From NCBI GenBank assembly GCA_963821525.1, contig CAWGED010000019.1:416001-480000 (forward strand): 64,000 nucleotides of DNA, written 5' to 3'. This DNA is from an uncultured Gemmatimonadales bacterium. GTDB taxonomy: Bacteria; Gemmatimonadota; Gemmatimonadetes; Gemmatimonadales; GWC2-71-9. The translations under genes and the position numbers were made by a program. The notes under the pieces are model-generated. The model searched no databases. It saw only the letters and a list, made by a program, of their open reading frames with translations, and was not told the origin of the DNA. Positions 22,099-32,296 of the stretch are shown here, piece after piece (positions within the stretch are counted from its first letter, which is position 1; every line of letters starts with the position of its first letter).

Positions 22099-24483
22099 TC
22101 ACGAGGCGCTGCCTGCCGCCGGCACGGTTGTCTTCGGGGGACGCAATGTGAAGTGGAGGCTTGCGCCACGGTCGGCGTTGTTGGTGGCCCACAGACGCCC
22201 ATGATGCGCAGTGACGATGGTGCGACAAATTGCAAGTCCCAGCCCCAGGCCCTCGGATTTGGTACTCACGAAGGGCTGGAAGATGCGCTCCAGGTCCTCT
22301 GGAGGGATTCCGCTGCCCCGGTCGGCAACCGACACTTCGACTCCTCCATCGGTTAGCGCGACAGTTCGCAGCGTCAATGCTCGATCCGGCGCTTCGTCCA
22401 TGGCCTCGCGGCCGTTCATCAAGAGATTGAGCAGGACCTGCTGCAGTTGGACCCGGTCGCCCTCTACCAGGGGCAGCCCCACTCCGAGCTGCGTGTTGAC
22501 CGGTACGTTGCGGTTCAGGAGATCGATGCGCATCAACCTGAGGGCGTCGAGCGCGACTTCGTTGATGTCGAGCGGCAGGTGTTGCGCCGGGTCATTCCTG
22601 AGCAAGGCGCGCAGCCGGCTGATGACTCTGCTGGCGCGTTGGTCATCCTCGACGATGTCCGTGACGATGTCCCGTACCTCGTCGAGGTCATCTGGGTCCC
22701 CCGGCAATAATCGCAGGGCGGCTTGAGCGTTGCTGAGTATCGCTGTCAGCGGTTGATTCAGCTCGTGGGCAAGTGCACCGGACAGCTCCCCCAGCATCGC
22801 CACCCGCGAGAGGTGCGCCAGTTGATTGCGCTGCTGCGCCGCCTCCACCTCCAGTGCCCGGCGTGGGGTGATATCGATGATCGACGCCAGTATTCCGGTG
22901 CCCTCGGAAATATCGATCGGATTGAGGCCTACTTCGAGCGCCATTTCGCTACCGTCCTTGCGCCGGCCGTACAGATCGCGACCGGTACCCATCGCCCGTG
23001 CGGTTGGCGCCTGGAGGTAGCGGTGACGATTGTCGGCATGAGCGGAGCGGTGCGGCTCGGGAATCAGGATGTCGATGGAGCGGCCCAGCAGCTCTTCGCG
23101 GGTGTAGCCGAATACCCTCTCCGCCTGCGCGTTGAGCAAGGTGATCCGCCCCTCCTGATTGGACACGACAATCGCATTAGGGACGGCCTCCACCACGAGG
23201 CGCATCCGTTCATGCGCACGTTTGAGATCGGTCACATCGATGCACGAACCTATGTAGCCGACGAACCGGTCGCCCGCCTCGAAGCGGGGCACGCCGCTGT
23301 CGAGGATCCAGCAATACGCACCGTCGTGCCGGCGGAGGCGGTACTCCATCGTGAAAGCACAGTGCCCGTCGAACGCATCGTTATAAGTCCGAAGGCACCG
23401 GTCAAGGTCCGCCGGATGGACTCCCTCCACCCATCCGTTGCCGAGTTCCTGGTTCATGCTGCGGCCCGTGAAATCGAGCCAGCCCTTGTTGAAAAACGTG
23501 CAGAGGCGGTCGATGTCCGCCATCCAGATCATCACCGGCGCCGTGTCAGCGGTGGCGCGAAAACGCGCCTCGCTTTCCCGCAATGCCGCCAACGCTCTGT
23601 TGTGCTGGGTATCGGTGGTATGCAGCAGGCTGGCGTTGATCCAGACGAGAGCGCCCAGGATCAGGACGTTAGCCAACGCAAACACTCCGGTTCCGGCCGC
23701 GCCATCGATCCAACCAGCCGTCTGTCCCTTCAGCTGTAGCCAGCCCAGCAAGACTGGGACAACCAACACGGCCGGCACCAGGCGCCGGGCAATCAAGCCT
23801 CCCATGGTGTCGCTCGTCAGCAATGCCATCAGGCCCGCGTCGGTCCGGGTACAGAGAATGCCGACACTCAGGATCAGAAGCACCACTGCGGTGTGAACCG
23901 CCATCGGCGCGAAGGGCAGCAGCGGTCCGCCGCCATAGAGATAGCGACTGAACCCCAGCCACCCCAACAATCCGGCCGATAGGGAGAAGACCTGAAACGC
24001 AACACTGAAACGGGGGCGGGTCGCCAAGCCCAAGGCGCATCCCAGCAGAAGGAGGGCCAGCGCAGTCGGTGGTGCCATGCGAGTCGCGGTTGTTCCATCC
24101 GCACCGGGCGACTCCCGAAAGCCAAGCAGGTCGATGCCGAGATTCCAGCCCATCAGGTAGGCGGACAGCCTGAGCAACCCAATGAACGCCACCGCAGCAG
24201 CGAACCCTTGCCACGGCCAGCGCCTTGGCGATGACGGCATCCGTTCCGAACTCCGGCCCACCGCACGAGGACTTGTGGCGACAAGGCCGCAGAGTGCCGC
24301 TCCGGACAACATGAAGGCAAGCGCCGTGAGCGGGGCCATTGCTGCCCATTCGGGGGCAACGCGTTTCAGGACGTCGAGGTCCAGAATCCAGCCGAGCAAT
24401 ACGAATGCTCCCACCAGAAAAACCATTGCGCCCGCCAGGACAGCAAGCCTCCTGGGCAGCTCCGAGACCGGTGTTTCGCTCAT
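22099..24483 (-). CDS. Multi-TM, two-PAS sensor histidine kinase (FixL-like)
   Basis: About 7 TM helices, two PAS/PAC domains, H-box LAHELNQPL, N-box QVLLNLLMN, DRGSG, GLGLGL. Confidence 0.9.
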   Translation of the reverse strand: MSETPVSELPRRLAVLAGAMVFLVGAFVLLGWILDLDVLKRVAPEWAAMAPLTALAFMLSGAALCGLVATSPRAVGRSSERMPSSPRRWPWQGFAAAVAFIGLLRLSAYLMGWNLGIDLLGFRESPGADGTTATRMAPPTALALLLLGCALGLATRPRFSVAFQVFSLSAGLLGWLGFSRYLYGGGPLLPFAPMAVHTAVVLLILSVGILCTRTDAGLMALLTSDTMGGLIARRLVPAVLVVPVLLGWLQLKGQTAGWIDGAAGTGVFALANVLILGALVWINASLLHTTDTQHNRALAALRESEARFRATADTAPVMIWMADIDRLCTFFNKGWLDFTGRSMNQELGNGWVEGVHPADLDRCLRTYNDAFDGHCAFTMEYRLRRHDGAYCWILDSGVPRFEAGDRFVGYIGSCIDVTDLKRAHERMRLVVEAVPNAIVVSNQEGRITLLNAQAERVFGYTREELLGRSIDILIPEPHRSAHADNRHRYLQAPTARAMGTGRDLYGRRKDGSEMALEVGLNPIDISEGTGILASIIDITPRRALEVEAAQQRNQLAHLSRVAMLGELSGALAHELNQPLTAILSNAQAALRLLPGDPDDLDEVRDIVTDIVEDDQRASRVISRLRALLRNDPAQHLPLDINEVALDALRLMRIDLLNRNVPVNTQLGVGLPLVEGDRVQLQQVLLNLLMNGREAMDEAPDRALTLRTVALTDGGVEVSVADRGSGIPPEDLERIFQPFVSTKSEGLGLGLAICRTIVTAHHGRLWATNNADRGASLHFTLRPPKTTVPAAGSAS

Positions 24484-24598
24484 TCACGACCTCCTCTGTC
24501 GATGCATGGCGACAACCACGTGAGCCGTTCATCCCCAGGCGATGAGGATCCAGCTGCTCGAGTCTGGGAACAGGTTTGCAGGCGCCCCTACGGAGAAG

Positions 24599-27500
24599 CT
24601 ACTTCGTCTTGACCCGGTCCGCCGGCTTGCCAGGCAGCGTGCCCGGATTGGCCTGGAGTGCTTTCTGGATTTCGGCGATTGCCCGCTCCAGCTGCGGATC
24701 CCGACCCGCCAGGATCGAGGCGGGATCGTTCTCGACCTCGATGTCGGGGTCTACTCCGTATCCCTCGATGATCCACTCTCCAGTCGTGCTCGCGGTCGCG
24801 AACTCGGGAACAAATACCGTTCCGCCGTCGATCAGTGGTCCGTGCCCGGAAATTCCCACTACCCCGCCCCACGAACGCTTGCCGATCAACGGTCCGATCT
24901 TGGCCTGCTTGAACATTGCCGCGAAGATGTCGCCATCCGATGCCGAGTTCTCGTTGACGAGCCCCACCTTGGGCCCGACGAAGACGGCGTCGGGATAGGT
25001 GCTCGCGGCGTCGTCGGTGCGGGAGAAGTCCAGGGAGAGCAGCGTGCGCCGCAGACGCTCGATCAGCATCTGGGATACGTTGCCGCCGCCATTGTCACGA
25101 TCATCAATGATCAATCCCTGACGATGGATCTGGGGGTAGTACCACTTGATGAATTCGCGGATCCCGTCCTCGCCCATGTCGGGAACATGGATGTAGGCGA
25201 CGCGCCCTCCGGTCGCGTCGTCAACCCGCTTCCGGTTCTGCTGGACCATCTCGAGATACATGAGGTCCGACTCGTCGCTGACCGGCTCGAAGGTCACCTG
25301 GCGACCCGAATCGCCCTTGGCGGCTCGGCTCAGCGTCAGGGTCACCGGACGATCCGCCTTGTTGCGGAGGAGCTGATAGGGATCGGTCTGCGCCGTCAGC
25401 GGCTCGCCATCGATCTTGAGCACATAGTCGCCCACGGCGGCGTTCACGCCAATCCCGGTCAACGGGGAGCGATAGTTCTGCTCCTCGTTCTGCCCGCCGA
25501 AGATCTTCGCGATGCGATAGAGCCCGGTCGCCGAGTCCACCGCGAAACGGGCGCCCGGAAGCGCCACCCTGGGGCGCGCCGGCCGCTCCCAGTCTCCACC
25601 CGAGACGTAGGCGTGCTGCACGCTCAGTTCCGCGATCATCTCGGAGATGACGTAATTGAGGTCCGAACGGTGGGCCACGTACTGCAGCAGCGGGCGATAC
25701 CGGTTGCGAAGGCCTTCCCAGTCGTACCCGTGCATGTTCTTCACATAGAAGTAGTCCCGATACCGGCGCCACACTTCGTCGAAGATCTGGGCCCATTCCT
25801 GGGCCGGCACCCGGTCTACCGCGAGGCCGGCCGTCGAGACCGTCTTCTTGGAGCCGCCACCGGTCGGCGTCGCATCGAGTAGTTGGTAGGTCTTGGCGCT
25901 GGATAGCAGGACCTTCTTGCCGTCCTGGGAAAGCTCATAGCCATTGACGTCGGTGGCGATCGTGGTGTCCTTGCGCTCCGCCAGGGTATAGACCTTGAGC
26001 GCGGTCTTCCTGTCGTTGTCTCGTCCGTAGTAGAAGCCGCCGAACACCAGGTACAGCAGGTAATCCTTCGTGGCGGTGAGGCCGCCGATATTGTCGGCCT
26101 CGAGCGGAACCCGGGCGACTCTCGTCTCGATGCCGTCGAAGTCGATCTTGAGGCTGTCGGTCTTGGCGGCCGTACTATCCTTCGCCGCTTTGGGCTTCTT
26201 TTCCTTCTCCTTGGGGGGCGCCTTGGACGCGCTGTCGGCGACGACGGAATCCGGTTTCACCTCGTCGCTCTGCGGCGGGAAGGGATCCTTCACATCCTTG
26301 CGCAGGGCGAGCGCGAAGATCCCCGTGGTCCGATTCTCGGCGAAATTGAATTCGACGTTGGAGAGGAGGGGCTGGTATTCGCGATCGCTCAGGAAATACA
26401 GATAGTCTCCCTTGGGGTCCCACGCGGGGTTGTATTCGGCAAAGGGTTGCCCGGTCACCCGCCGCACTTTGCCGTCGCCAGCACTCCAGATGTAGACCGA
26501 CAACTCGTTGTCGAGGGCCCGCATGCTGAAGGCGAGGTAGTTGCCCCGCGGCGACCAGACGTAGTCCCCGATCGTGCCCCGCGGATCATCGGCCACTTCG
26601 ATCACCTTCTTGTCAGTCCGGCCCAGCACATAGAGCTTGCCATCCTTGTCGCCGAAGGCGATGCGCTTCCCGTCGGGAGACCAGACCGGATTGCTGCGGC
26701 GGGCCTTGCCGCCAGTCGTGAGCTGCGTCGCCTTGCCGGTCCCGTCCTGCGGGATCACCCATACTTCCTCTTCGCCGGTCTGGTCCGAGATGTAGGCGAT
26801 CTCCTTGCCGTCAGGAGACCAGCGCGCGTCGCGATCGTGGGCTCCCGACGAATTCGTCAGGTTCCGGGTCGGTCCCTTCTCGATTGGCGCCGTGAAGACA
26901 TCCCCGCGTCCCACGAACAGCGCTCGCTCTCCCTTTGGGCTCACGCTGAACCATTCGATCGCATCGGCCGCCGAGATATGCGACGGGCGGGACGCGACAG
27001 CGTCGGTCGGCACCGTGATGGAGATCGGCGTGGACTGCCCCGTCTTGGTGTCCAGTACCTGCAACTCGCCGCCCAGCTCGTAGACGATCCGGCCACCGTC
27101 TCCCAGGCTGGGCCAGCGCAAATCCCACGTCGTGCCCTGGGTCACCTGGCGCCGCTGGCCCGAGGCGATGTCGTAGGTCCAGAGGTTGAAGGTCCCGGTC
27201 TTGTCGGTGTTGTAGTAGATCGTTTTCTCCAGCCACATCGGATCCCGCTCAGCGCGGGGGCCCTCGGAGATCGGCTTGGCGGTCTTGCCCGCGAGATCGA
27301 AGATCCAGAGTCGATTGGCCTGTCCACCGCCGTAGCGCTTCTCCGAGCGGAAATCGCGGAACAGCGGGGAGTACACCATCTGCTTCCCGTCGGGAGAAAA
27401 TGCGCCGGCACCGGCCGTCGGCATCGGAAGCTGTACCGCGCTGCCACCCTCCGCGCTCACGGTGTAGAGATGGTTCTCCACCAGGGTCCAGCCATCGCGC

Positions 27501-27922
27501 AGGCTCCGGAACAGCACCCGCTTCCCATCCGGCGTCCAGCCATAGACCTGGTTGTCGTAGCCCCACCGCTCGGTGAGCGGCCCCCGCGCGGGATAGAAAG
27601 TGAGCTGCTTGGGAACGCCACCCGTTACCGGCACGACGTAGACCTGCTCATCTCCGTCGTACTGCCCGGTGAAGGCGATGCTCTTCCCGTCCGGTGAAAA
27701 CTTGGCGAACAGCTCGATACCCGGGTGTGCCGTGAGTCGAGTCGCGGTCCCTCCCGTCACCGGGGCAAGCCAGAGATCACCACCATAGGTGAAGACGACC
27801 TTGTCCCCGTGGATATCGGGGAAGCGGAGGAGTTTGGTCTGGGCGGCTGCGACTGAGGAAAGGCCAAGGGACAAAACGATGGCCAGCGCGGAGCGCATGG
27901 CGGCACGAGCGAGCATTGTCAT
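24599..27922 (-). CDS. Tricorn protease (S41) with PD40/beta-propeller and PDZ domains
   Basis: LLRFPDIHGDKVVFTYGGDLW, SPDG repeats, YIHVPDMG, NGGG, SASDGD, GKRSWGG, EGYGVDPDIEV. Confidence 0.93.
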   Translation of the reverse strand: MTMLARAAMRSALAIVLSLGLSSVAAAQTKLLRFPDIHGDKVVFTYGGDLWLAPVTGGTATRLTAHPGIELFAKFSPDGKSIAFTGQYDGDEQVYVVPVTGGVPKQLTFYPARGPLTERWGYDNQVYGWTPDGKRVLFRSLRDGWTLVENHLYTVSAEGGSAVQLPMPTAGAGAFSPDGKQMVYSPLFRDFRSEKRYGGGQANRLWIFDLAGKTAKPISEGPRAERDPMWLEKTIYYNTDKTGTFNLWTYDIASGQRRQVTQGTTWDLRWPSLGDGGRIVYELGGELQVLDTKTGQSTPISITVPTDAVASRPSHISAADAIEWFSVSPKGERALFVGRGDVFTAPIEKGPTRNLTNSSGAHDRDARWSPDGKEIAYISDQTGEEEVWVIPQDGTGKATQLTTGGKARRSNPVWSPDGKRIAFGDKDGKLYVLGRTDKKVIEVADDPRGTIGDYVWSPRGNYLAFSMRALDNELSVYIWSAGDGKVRRVTGQPFAEYNPAWDPKGDYLYFLSDREYQPLLSNVEFNFAENRTTGIFALALRKDVKDPFPPQSDEVKPDSVVADSASKAPPKEKEKKPKAAKDSTAAKTDSLKIDFDGIETRVARVPLEADNIGGLTATKDYLLYLVFGGFYYGRDNDRKTALKVYTLAERKDTTIATDVNGYELSQDGKKVLLSSAKTYQLLDATPTGGGSKKTVSTAGLAVDRVPAQEWAQIFDEVWRRYRDYFYVKNMHGYDWEGLRNRYRPLLQYVAHRSDLNYVISEMIAELSVQHAYVSGGDWERPARPRVALPGARFAVDSATGLYRIAKIFGGQNEEQNYRSPLTGIGVNAAVGDYVLKIDGEPLTAQTDPYQLLRNKADRPVTLTLSRAAKGDSGRQVTFEPVSDESDLMYLEMVQQNRKRVDDATGGRVAYIHVPDMGEDGIREFIKWYYPQIHRQGLIIDDRDNGGGNVSQMLIERLRRTLLSLDFSRTDDAASTYPDAVFVGPKVGLVNENSASDGDIFAAMFKQAKIGPLIGKRSWGGVVGISGHGPLIDGGTVFVPEFATASTTGEWIIEGYGVDPDIEVENDPASILAGRDPQLERAIAEIQKALQANPGTLPGKPADRVKTK

Positions 27923-28037
27923 AGGGGTGGAGTTAGCGGGCGGAGTTTCCGGTGGGTGGTCTCGTTTTCAGGCGTCGACGGCGAATACTTGAAGGCGGCG
28001 CAATGTATTCGAGTGGTTGGGTGAGAGCTAGGCAACG

Positions 28038-28074
28038 GGAAGAAAAAGCCCCGCCGGTGGAACCTGGCAGGGCT
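28038..28074 (-). terminator. Terminator-like hairpin upstream of the tricorn gene
   Basis: Minus strand AGCCCTGCCAG-GTTCCA-CCGGCGGGGCT followed by TTTTCTTC. Confidence 0.5.
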
Positions 28075-28139
28075 ACAATCTCGCCTTACGTGATTTTCCA
28101 TTAGACTCCACAAGACCCCACCCACCCATATGAGGTTCG

Positions 28140-28523
28140 ATGTCGCTCACGCTCGACCTGTTGCCGGAAACCCTCGCCATCTGCCGTCTGGAACCGGACG
28201 CCCCGGTGCCCACTTGGGCGACCGCGGCCGGCCCGTTCCTCACCATCAGCCGGACACCGGAGGAACTGTCGATTACCGTGGCCCAAGAGGCCGTCCCAGC
28301 CGATGTTCGTTGCGAGCGAGACTACCGGGCACTCCGTGTCCATGGCCAGCTCCCGCCGAATCTGGTCGGGATTCTGCTCTCGATCGCCCAGCCGCTGGCG
28401 AAGGCTGGTCTCGCCATCTTTGCCATCTCGACCTACGACACCGACTACGTGCTGGTGAAGCTGCGAGATCTACCGGCGGCCCTGAACGCCTTACATGGGG
28501 CCGGCCACCAGGTCAGCGGGTAG
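28140..28523 (+). CDS. ACT domain protein (ACT_7 type)
   Basis: ISRTPEELSI, LVGILLSIAQPLAKAGLAIFAISTYDTDYVLVK. Confidence 0.88.
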   Translation: MSLTLDLLPETLAICRLEPDAPVPTWATAAGPFLTISRTPEELSITVAQEAVPADVRCERDYRALRVHGQLPPNLVGILLSIAQPLAKAGLAIFAISTYDTDYVLVKLRDLPAALNALHGAGHQVSG

Positions 28524-28930
28524 CCAGCGGAGCTCCCGGGAAGACCAGCCGCTTGACAGCAACCGCCTCGATTTCGACTCGGACCCCTCCGGGCAGGCTC
28601 GATACACCCACAGTCGAACGGGCCGGCCGGTGATCTCCAAACGCTCTGGCGTAGACCGCGTTCAGCCCCGCGTAATCGGCGAAGTCCACCAGGAACACGG
28701 TCGTTTTCACCACTCGGTCAAGATCCGACCCCGCGGTCTGCAGCACAATCCTCAGGTTGGCGAGCGCCTGGGTGGCGTGTTCCTCGATTCCCCCTGCCAC
28801 GACTTCCATGGTCACCGGATCGAGCGGGATCTGTCCCGAGGTGTAGATCAGATCCCCGGCGGTTATGGCCTGACTGTAGGGACCGTATACCCGTGGTGCC
28901 CGGCTCGGAGTAGGTGACCGTGAGTGTCAT
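28513..28930 (-). CDS. ridA: RidA/YjgF family enamine deaminase (frameshifted 5' part)
   Basis: GPYSQAI, YTSGQIPLDP, VVKTTVFL, PARSTVGVSSLP, VEIEAVA. Confidence 0.85.
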
Positions 28931-28937
28931 GGCAGAT

Positions 28938-29498
28938 TCAGCGCCCTTCGACTGTGAGTCGCATCCAGGGGTGGATGCAGCATTGATAGCGTTCGATGCC
29001 GGGGTGTTCCACCGGATCGTCGCGGAAGGCTGCCGGAGCGATGAATTCATTACTTGCCGAGGGCGAGACACTCCGGAGCGGGTACCGTATTGCCAAAGGG
29101 TTCGTTGATGAAGTCCAGGAAGCCGCCGCCAAATTGCTCGACTTCCGTGAAGGTGTGGGTCTCACCGCCATCGTTGACCGCCCGGAGGATCGTTCCTACC
29201 GGGACCTTGATCGTCCCACCGGGCGCGAAGTGCCAGCCGCCCACCTTGTGATGCTGGCCAAGTAGAGCAAGGAACGACGGCAGGGTTACGCCCCCGCTGC
29301 GGATACAGACGTTGGGCCCAAGTGTGTTGAATGTCGTCGAATCGCAGGCATCCTTGATGTTGATTGTGCGCGGACCACTCGCGATCGCACCGTAGCCGGT
29401 CCACGCGAGGCGGTTGGCGTCATAGGCTTGGCGTCATCACACGCCGCGGCGGCCACGGCGACCAGCACACCCGCGGCGATACAGTAAAAGCGACCCAT
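28938..29498 (-). CDS. Cupredoxin/plastocyanin-like lipoprotein (several frameshifts)
   Basis: Lipobox AAAAC; NDGGETHTFT and YQCCIHPWM type-1 copper ligand pattern in separate ORF pieces. Confidence 0.65.
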
Positions 29499-29704
29499 GC
29501 TCCCTCCCTCAAGTTGACGGTTCGTCCGCTTAGCCGAGTGGCCGTTGGAAGGTGAGCCAAGTTAGGGCGGCAGGTGGGACCCGACAGGATCAGGGAATGC
29601 CTGACGTGAGCTTCGGACATTCCGGAGGGAACGCATCAGACGGAGGGCTACACGCGGCCGCGAAACGTTTCATGCCGCCGCGTCGCCACCCTTACGCGCT
29701 GGCC

Positions 29705-29747
29705 CGCGAAAAAGCCCCGTCAGTCGTACTGCTGACGGGGCTTCGCG
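29705..29747 (-). terminator. Intrinsic terminator downstream of tRNA-Ile
   Basis: AAGCCCCGTCAG...CTGACGGGGCTT stem, T-run on minus strand. Confidence 0.8.
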
Positions 29748-29756
29748 TTGGGAGAG

Positions 29757-29830
<74 letters not shown>

Positions 29831-29894
29831 CAGAACGGGCCGAAATGCTAACCGGACGCGCCGAGCCGGGCAAGGTTGCATGCCCTCTGAAACG

Positions 29895-29926
29895 AAACCG
29901 CCCCCGCGACTTCACGGGGGCGGTTC
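29895..29926. terminator. Hairpin/terminator downstream of the acidic-protein gene
   Basis: AACCGCCCCCG...CGGGGGCGGTT stem. Confidence 0.6.
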
Positions 29927-29964
29927 GTTACCGGCTCCGGCGGAGGGGCCGAGCCGAATGCCGG

Positions 29965-30201
29965 TCAGCGACGGCGAGGCTCATCGTCTTCGACATCGTC
30001 CACATCGGCGTCATCAAAGTCCTCGTCATCGAGGTCTTCGTCGTCGAACTCGTCGTCGTCGAAATCCTCGTCGTCTTCCTCGTCGTCGAAGTCGTCCTCC
30101 TCGTCAGTGTCATCGAAGGTGAACGCTTCTTCGTCATCGGGATCGTCGTCATCCCGGCGACGTGCCTCCAGCGCCTCCATCGATGCTTCCCACGCCAACA
30201 T
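29965..30201 (-). CDS. Small extremely acidic protein (78 aa)
   Basis: GGAGG RBS 5 nt before ATG at 30201; about 47 of 78 residues Asp/Glu; downstream hairpin. Confidence 0.7.
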   Translation of the reverse strand: MLAWEASMEALEARRRDDDDPDDEEAFTFDDTDEEDDFDDEEDDEDFDDDEFDDEDLDDEDFDDADVDDVEDDEPRRR

Positions 30202-30241
30202 GAGTGCCTCCGGCTCGAGAAAGGTGGTGGGTACCTGCGAG

Positions 30242-32105
30242 TTAGGATGCGTCAGCCGCCCGCGCCGCCGCCCGGGCTGCCCGCTTGCGGTCAGTCGCCG
30301 CGAGCGCCCGCTTGCGCAGGCGAATGCTCTTCGGCGTGACTTCAATGAGCTCATCTTCCTCGATGTACTCCAGGGCATACTCGAGCGTGATCTGCCGCGG
30401 CGGCTCGAGCTGGACGTTATCATCCGATGCCGTGGTGCGCATGTTGGTGAGCTTCTTTTCCTTGGTCACATTGACGTCCATGTCACCAGGCCGGGAATTC
30501 TCCCCGGCGACCATCCCTTCATACACCTCGTCTCCCGGGGTAACGAACATCTGGGCCCGCTCCTGCAGGTTCCCCAGGGCGAAGGCTACGACACTGCCCA
30601 CCCGGTCGGCCACCAGTACCCCGTTCTTCCTGCCGGCCAGCGGGCCGGCCCAGGGGCCGTAGTCCAGGAACCGGTGATGCATCACGCCGGTTCCCCGGGT
30701 GTCCGTCAGGAACTCCGACCGGTAGCCAAACAGGCCGCGGGCGGGGATCCGGAAGGTCATACGGACCATGCCCTGCCCCGGGTTCTTCATCTCCAGCAAC
30801 TCCGACCGGCGAGGGCCCAGCTTCTCAATGACGGTGCCGATGTACTCCTCAGGCACATCGATCATCAGCTCCTCGTAAGGCTCCAGCCGTTCTCCCCCTT
30901 CGCCGATCCGGGTGATGACCCGCGGGCGGGAGACCTGGAACTCGTAGCCCTCGCGCCGCATCGTCTCCATCAGGATGCCCAGATGGAGCTCTCCGCGGCC
31001 CGCGACCGCCCAGGTATCGGGACTGTCAGTGTCCTGTACCTTGAGCGCGACGTTTCGTTCCAGTTCGCGGAACAGCCGGTCCCGCACCTGGCGGCTGGTG
31101 ACGAACTTCCCTTCGCGGCCGGCGAACGGGCTGTTGTTGATGATGAAGTCGACCGAGATGGTCGGCTCCTCGACCGCGATGCCTTCGAGCCGCTCCGGGG
31201 TGTCCACCGCTGTGATAGTCTTCCCGATCTCGATTCCCTCGAGGCCGGAAAGCACCACGATGTCTCCCGCCGCCGCCTCCTCCACCTCGACTTTATGCAG
31301 CCCGTCGAAGGTGAAGAGCTTGGTGATCCGGCTGTGCTCGATGATTTCCTCGCTCACCATGCCCGGGTACGCCCAGGGGGAGCAGGGCCACCTGGTCTCC
31401 CACCTTCACCCGGCCCCGCTCGATCCTGCCGATCGCCATCCGGCCCAGGAAGGTCGAGAAATCGAGGGTGGAGACCAGCATCTGGAATGGGAGATCCGAG
31501 TTCCCGCTGGGAGCGGGCACGTGGTCGAGGATGGACTGGAAGAGCGGCTTGAGATCGGTGCCGGGGTGATCGAGCTCCGCGGTCGCGGTGCCGGCCCGGC
31601 TCGAGGTATAGAGGAAAGGCGCGTCCAGCTGCTCGTGGGTCGCTTCCAGATCGATGAACAGCCCGAGCACCTCATCGTGCACCCGGAGCGGTTCGGCGTC
31701 GGCCCGATCGATCTTGTTGATCGCCACGATCGGACGGAGGCCCAGACTGAGCGCCTTCCGGGTGACGAACCGGGTCTGCGGCATCGGCCCTTCGGCGGCA
31801 TCCACCAGGATCAGCACCCCATCCACCATGCGGAGAATCCGCTCCACCTCACCACCGAAATCGGCGTGGCCGGGGGTATCCACGATGTTGATCTTGGTCC
31901 CGCCCCAGTGCACCGCGGTGTTCTTGGCCAGAATGGTGATGCCCCGCTCCCGTTCCAGCGGGTTCGAGTCCATCACCCGTTCTTCGACCTGCTGATTGGC
32001 CCGGAAAGCGCCGGCCTGTCGCAGCATCTGATCCACCAGGGTGGTCTTCCCGTGGTCCACGTGCGCGATGATCGCGAGATTCCGGATGTTGGCGTTCGTG
32101 GACAT
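30242..32105 (-). CDS. typA: Translational GTPase TypA/BipA (frameshift near 31370)
   Basis: [56 protein letters not shown]. Confidence 0.95.
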
Positions 32106-32190
32106 CGTTTCCCATCGGTGTACGGATGCAACCTACCCCTTCGCGCGGCATATATAGATAGGCTGAGGTGCCGGGGCAAGGGCTTGGTGG

Positions 32191-32226
32191 AAGGCGGTCA
32201 GGGCGGGCGGGACGGACGGGGCGGAC
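32191..32226. repeat. Left 9-mer array (RRGRCGGNC x4) flanking four-helix-bundle gene
   Basis: AAGGCGGTC AGGGCGGGC GGGACGGAC GGGGCGGAC. Confidence 0.7.
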
Positions 32227-32296
32227 GCGTCAGGATGTAGCCTGATCGCGTCGGTCTGGTTTGGTGTTGGCAGTTCCTCGGTTCTACGTTGAACGG

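Noticed and set aside
31360..31385. Programmed frameshifting in typA or other genes
   Set aside because: No consistent slippery motif across the many breaks; indel error is more parsimonious.
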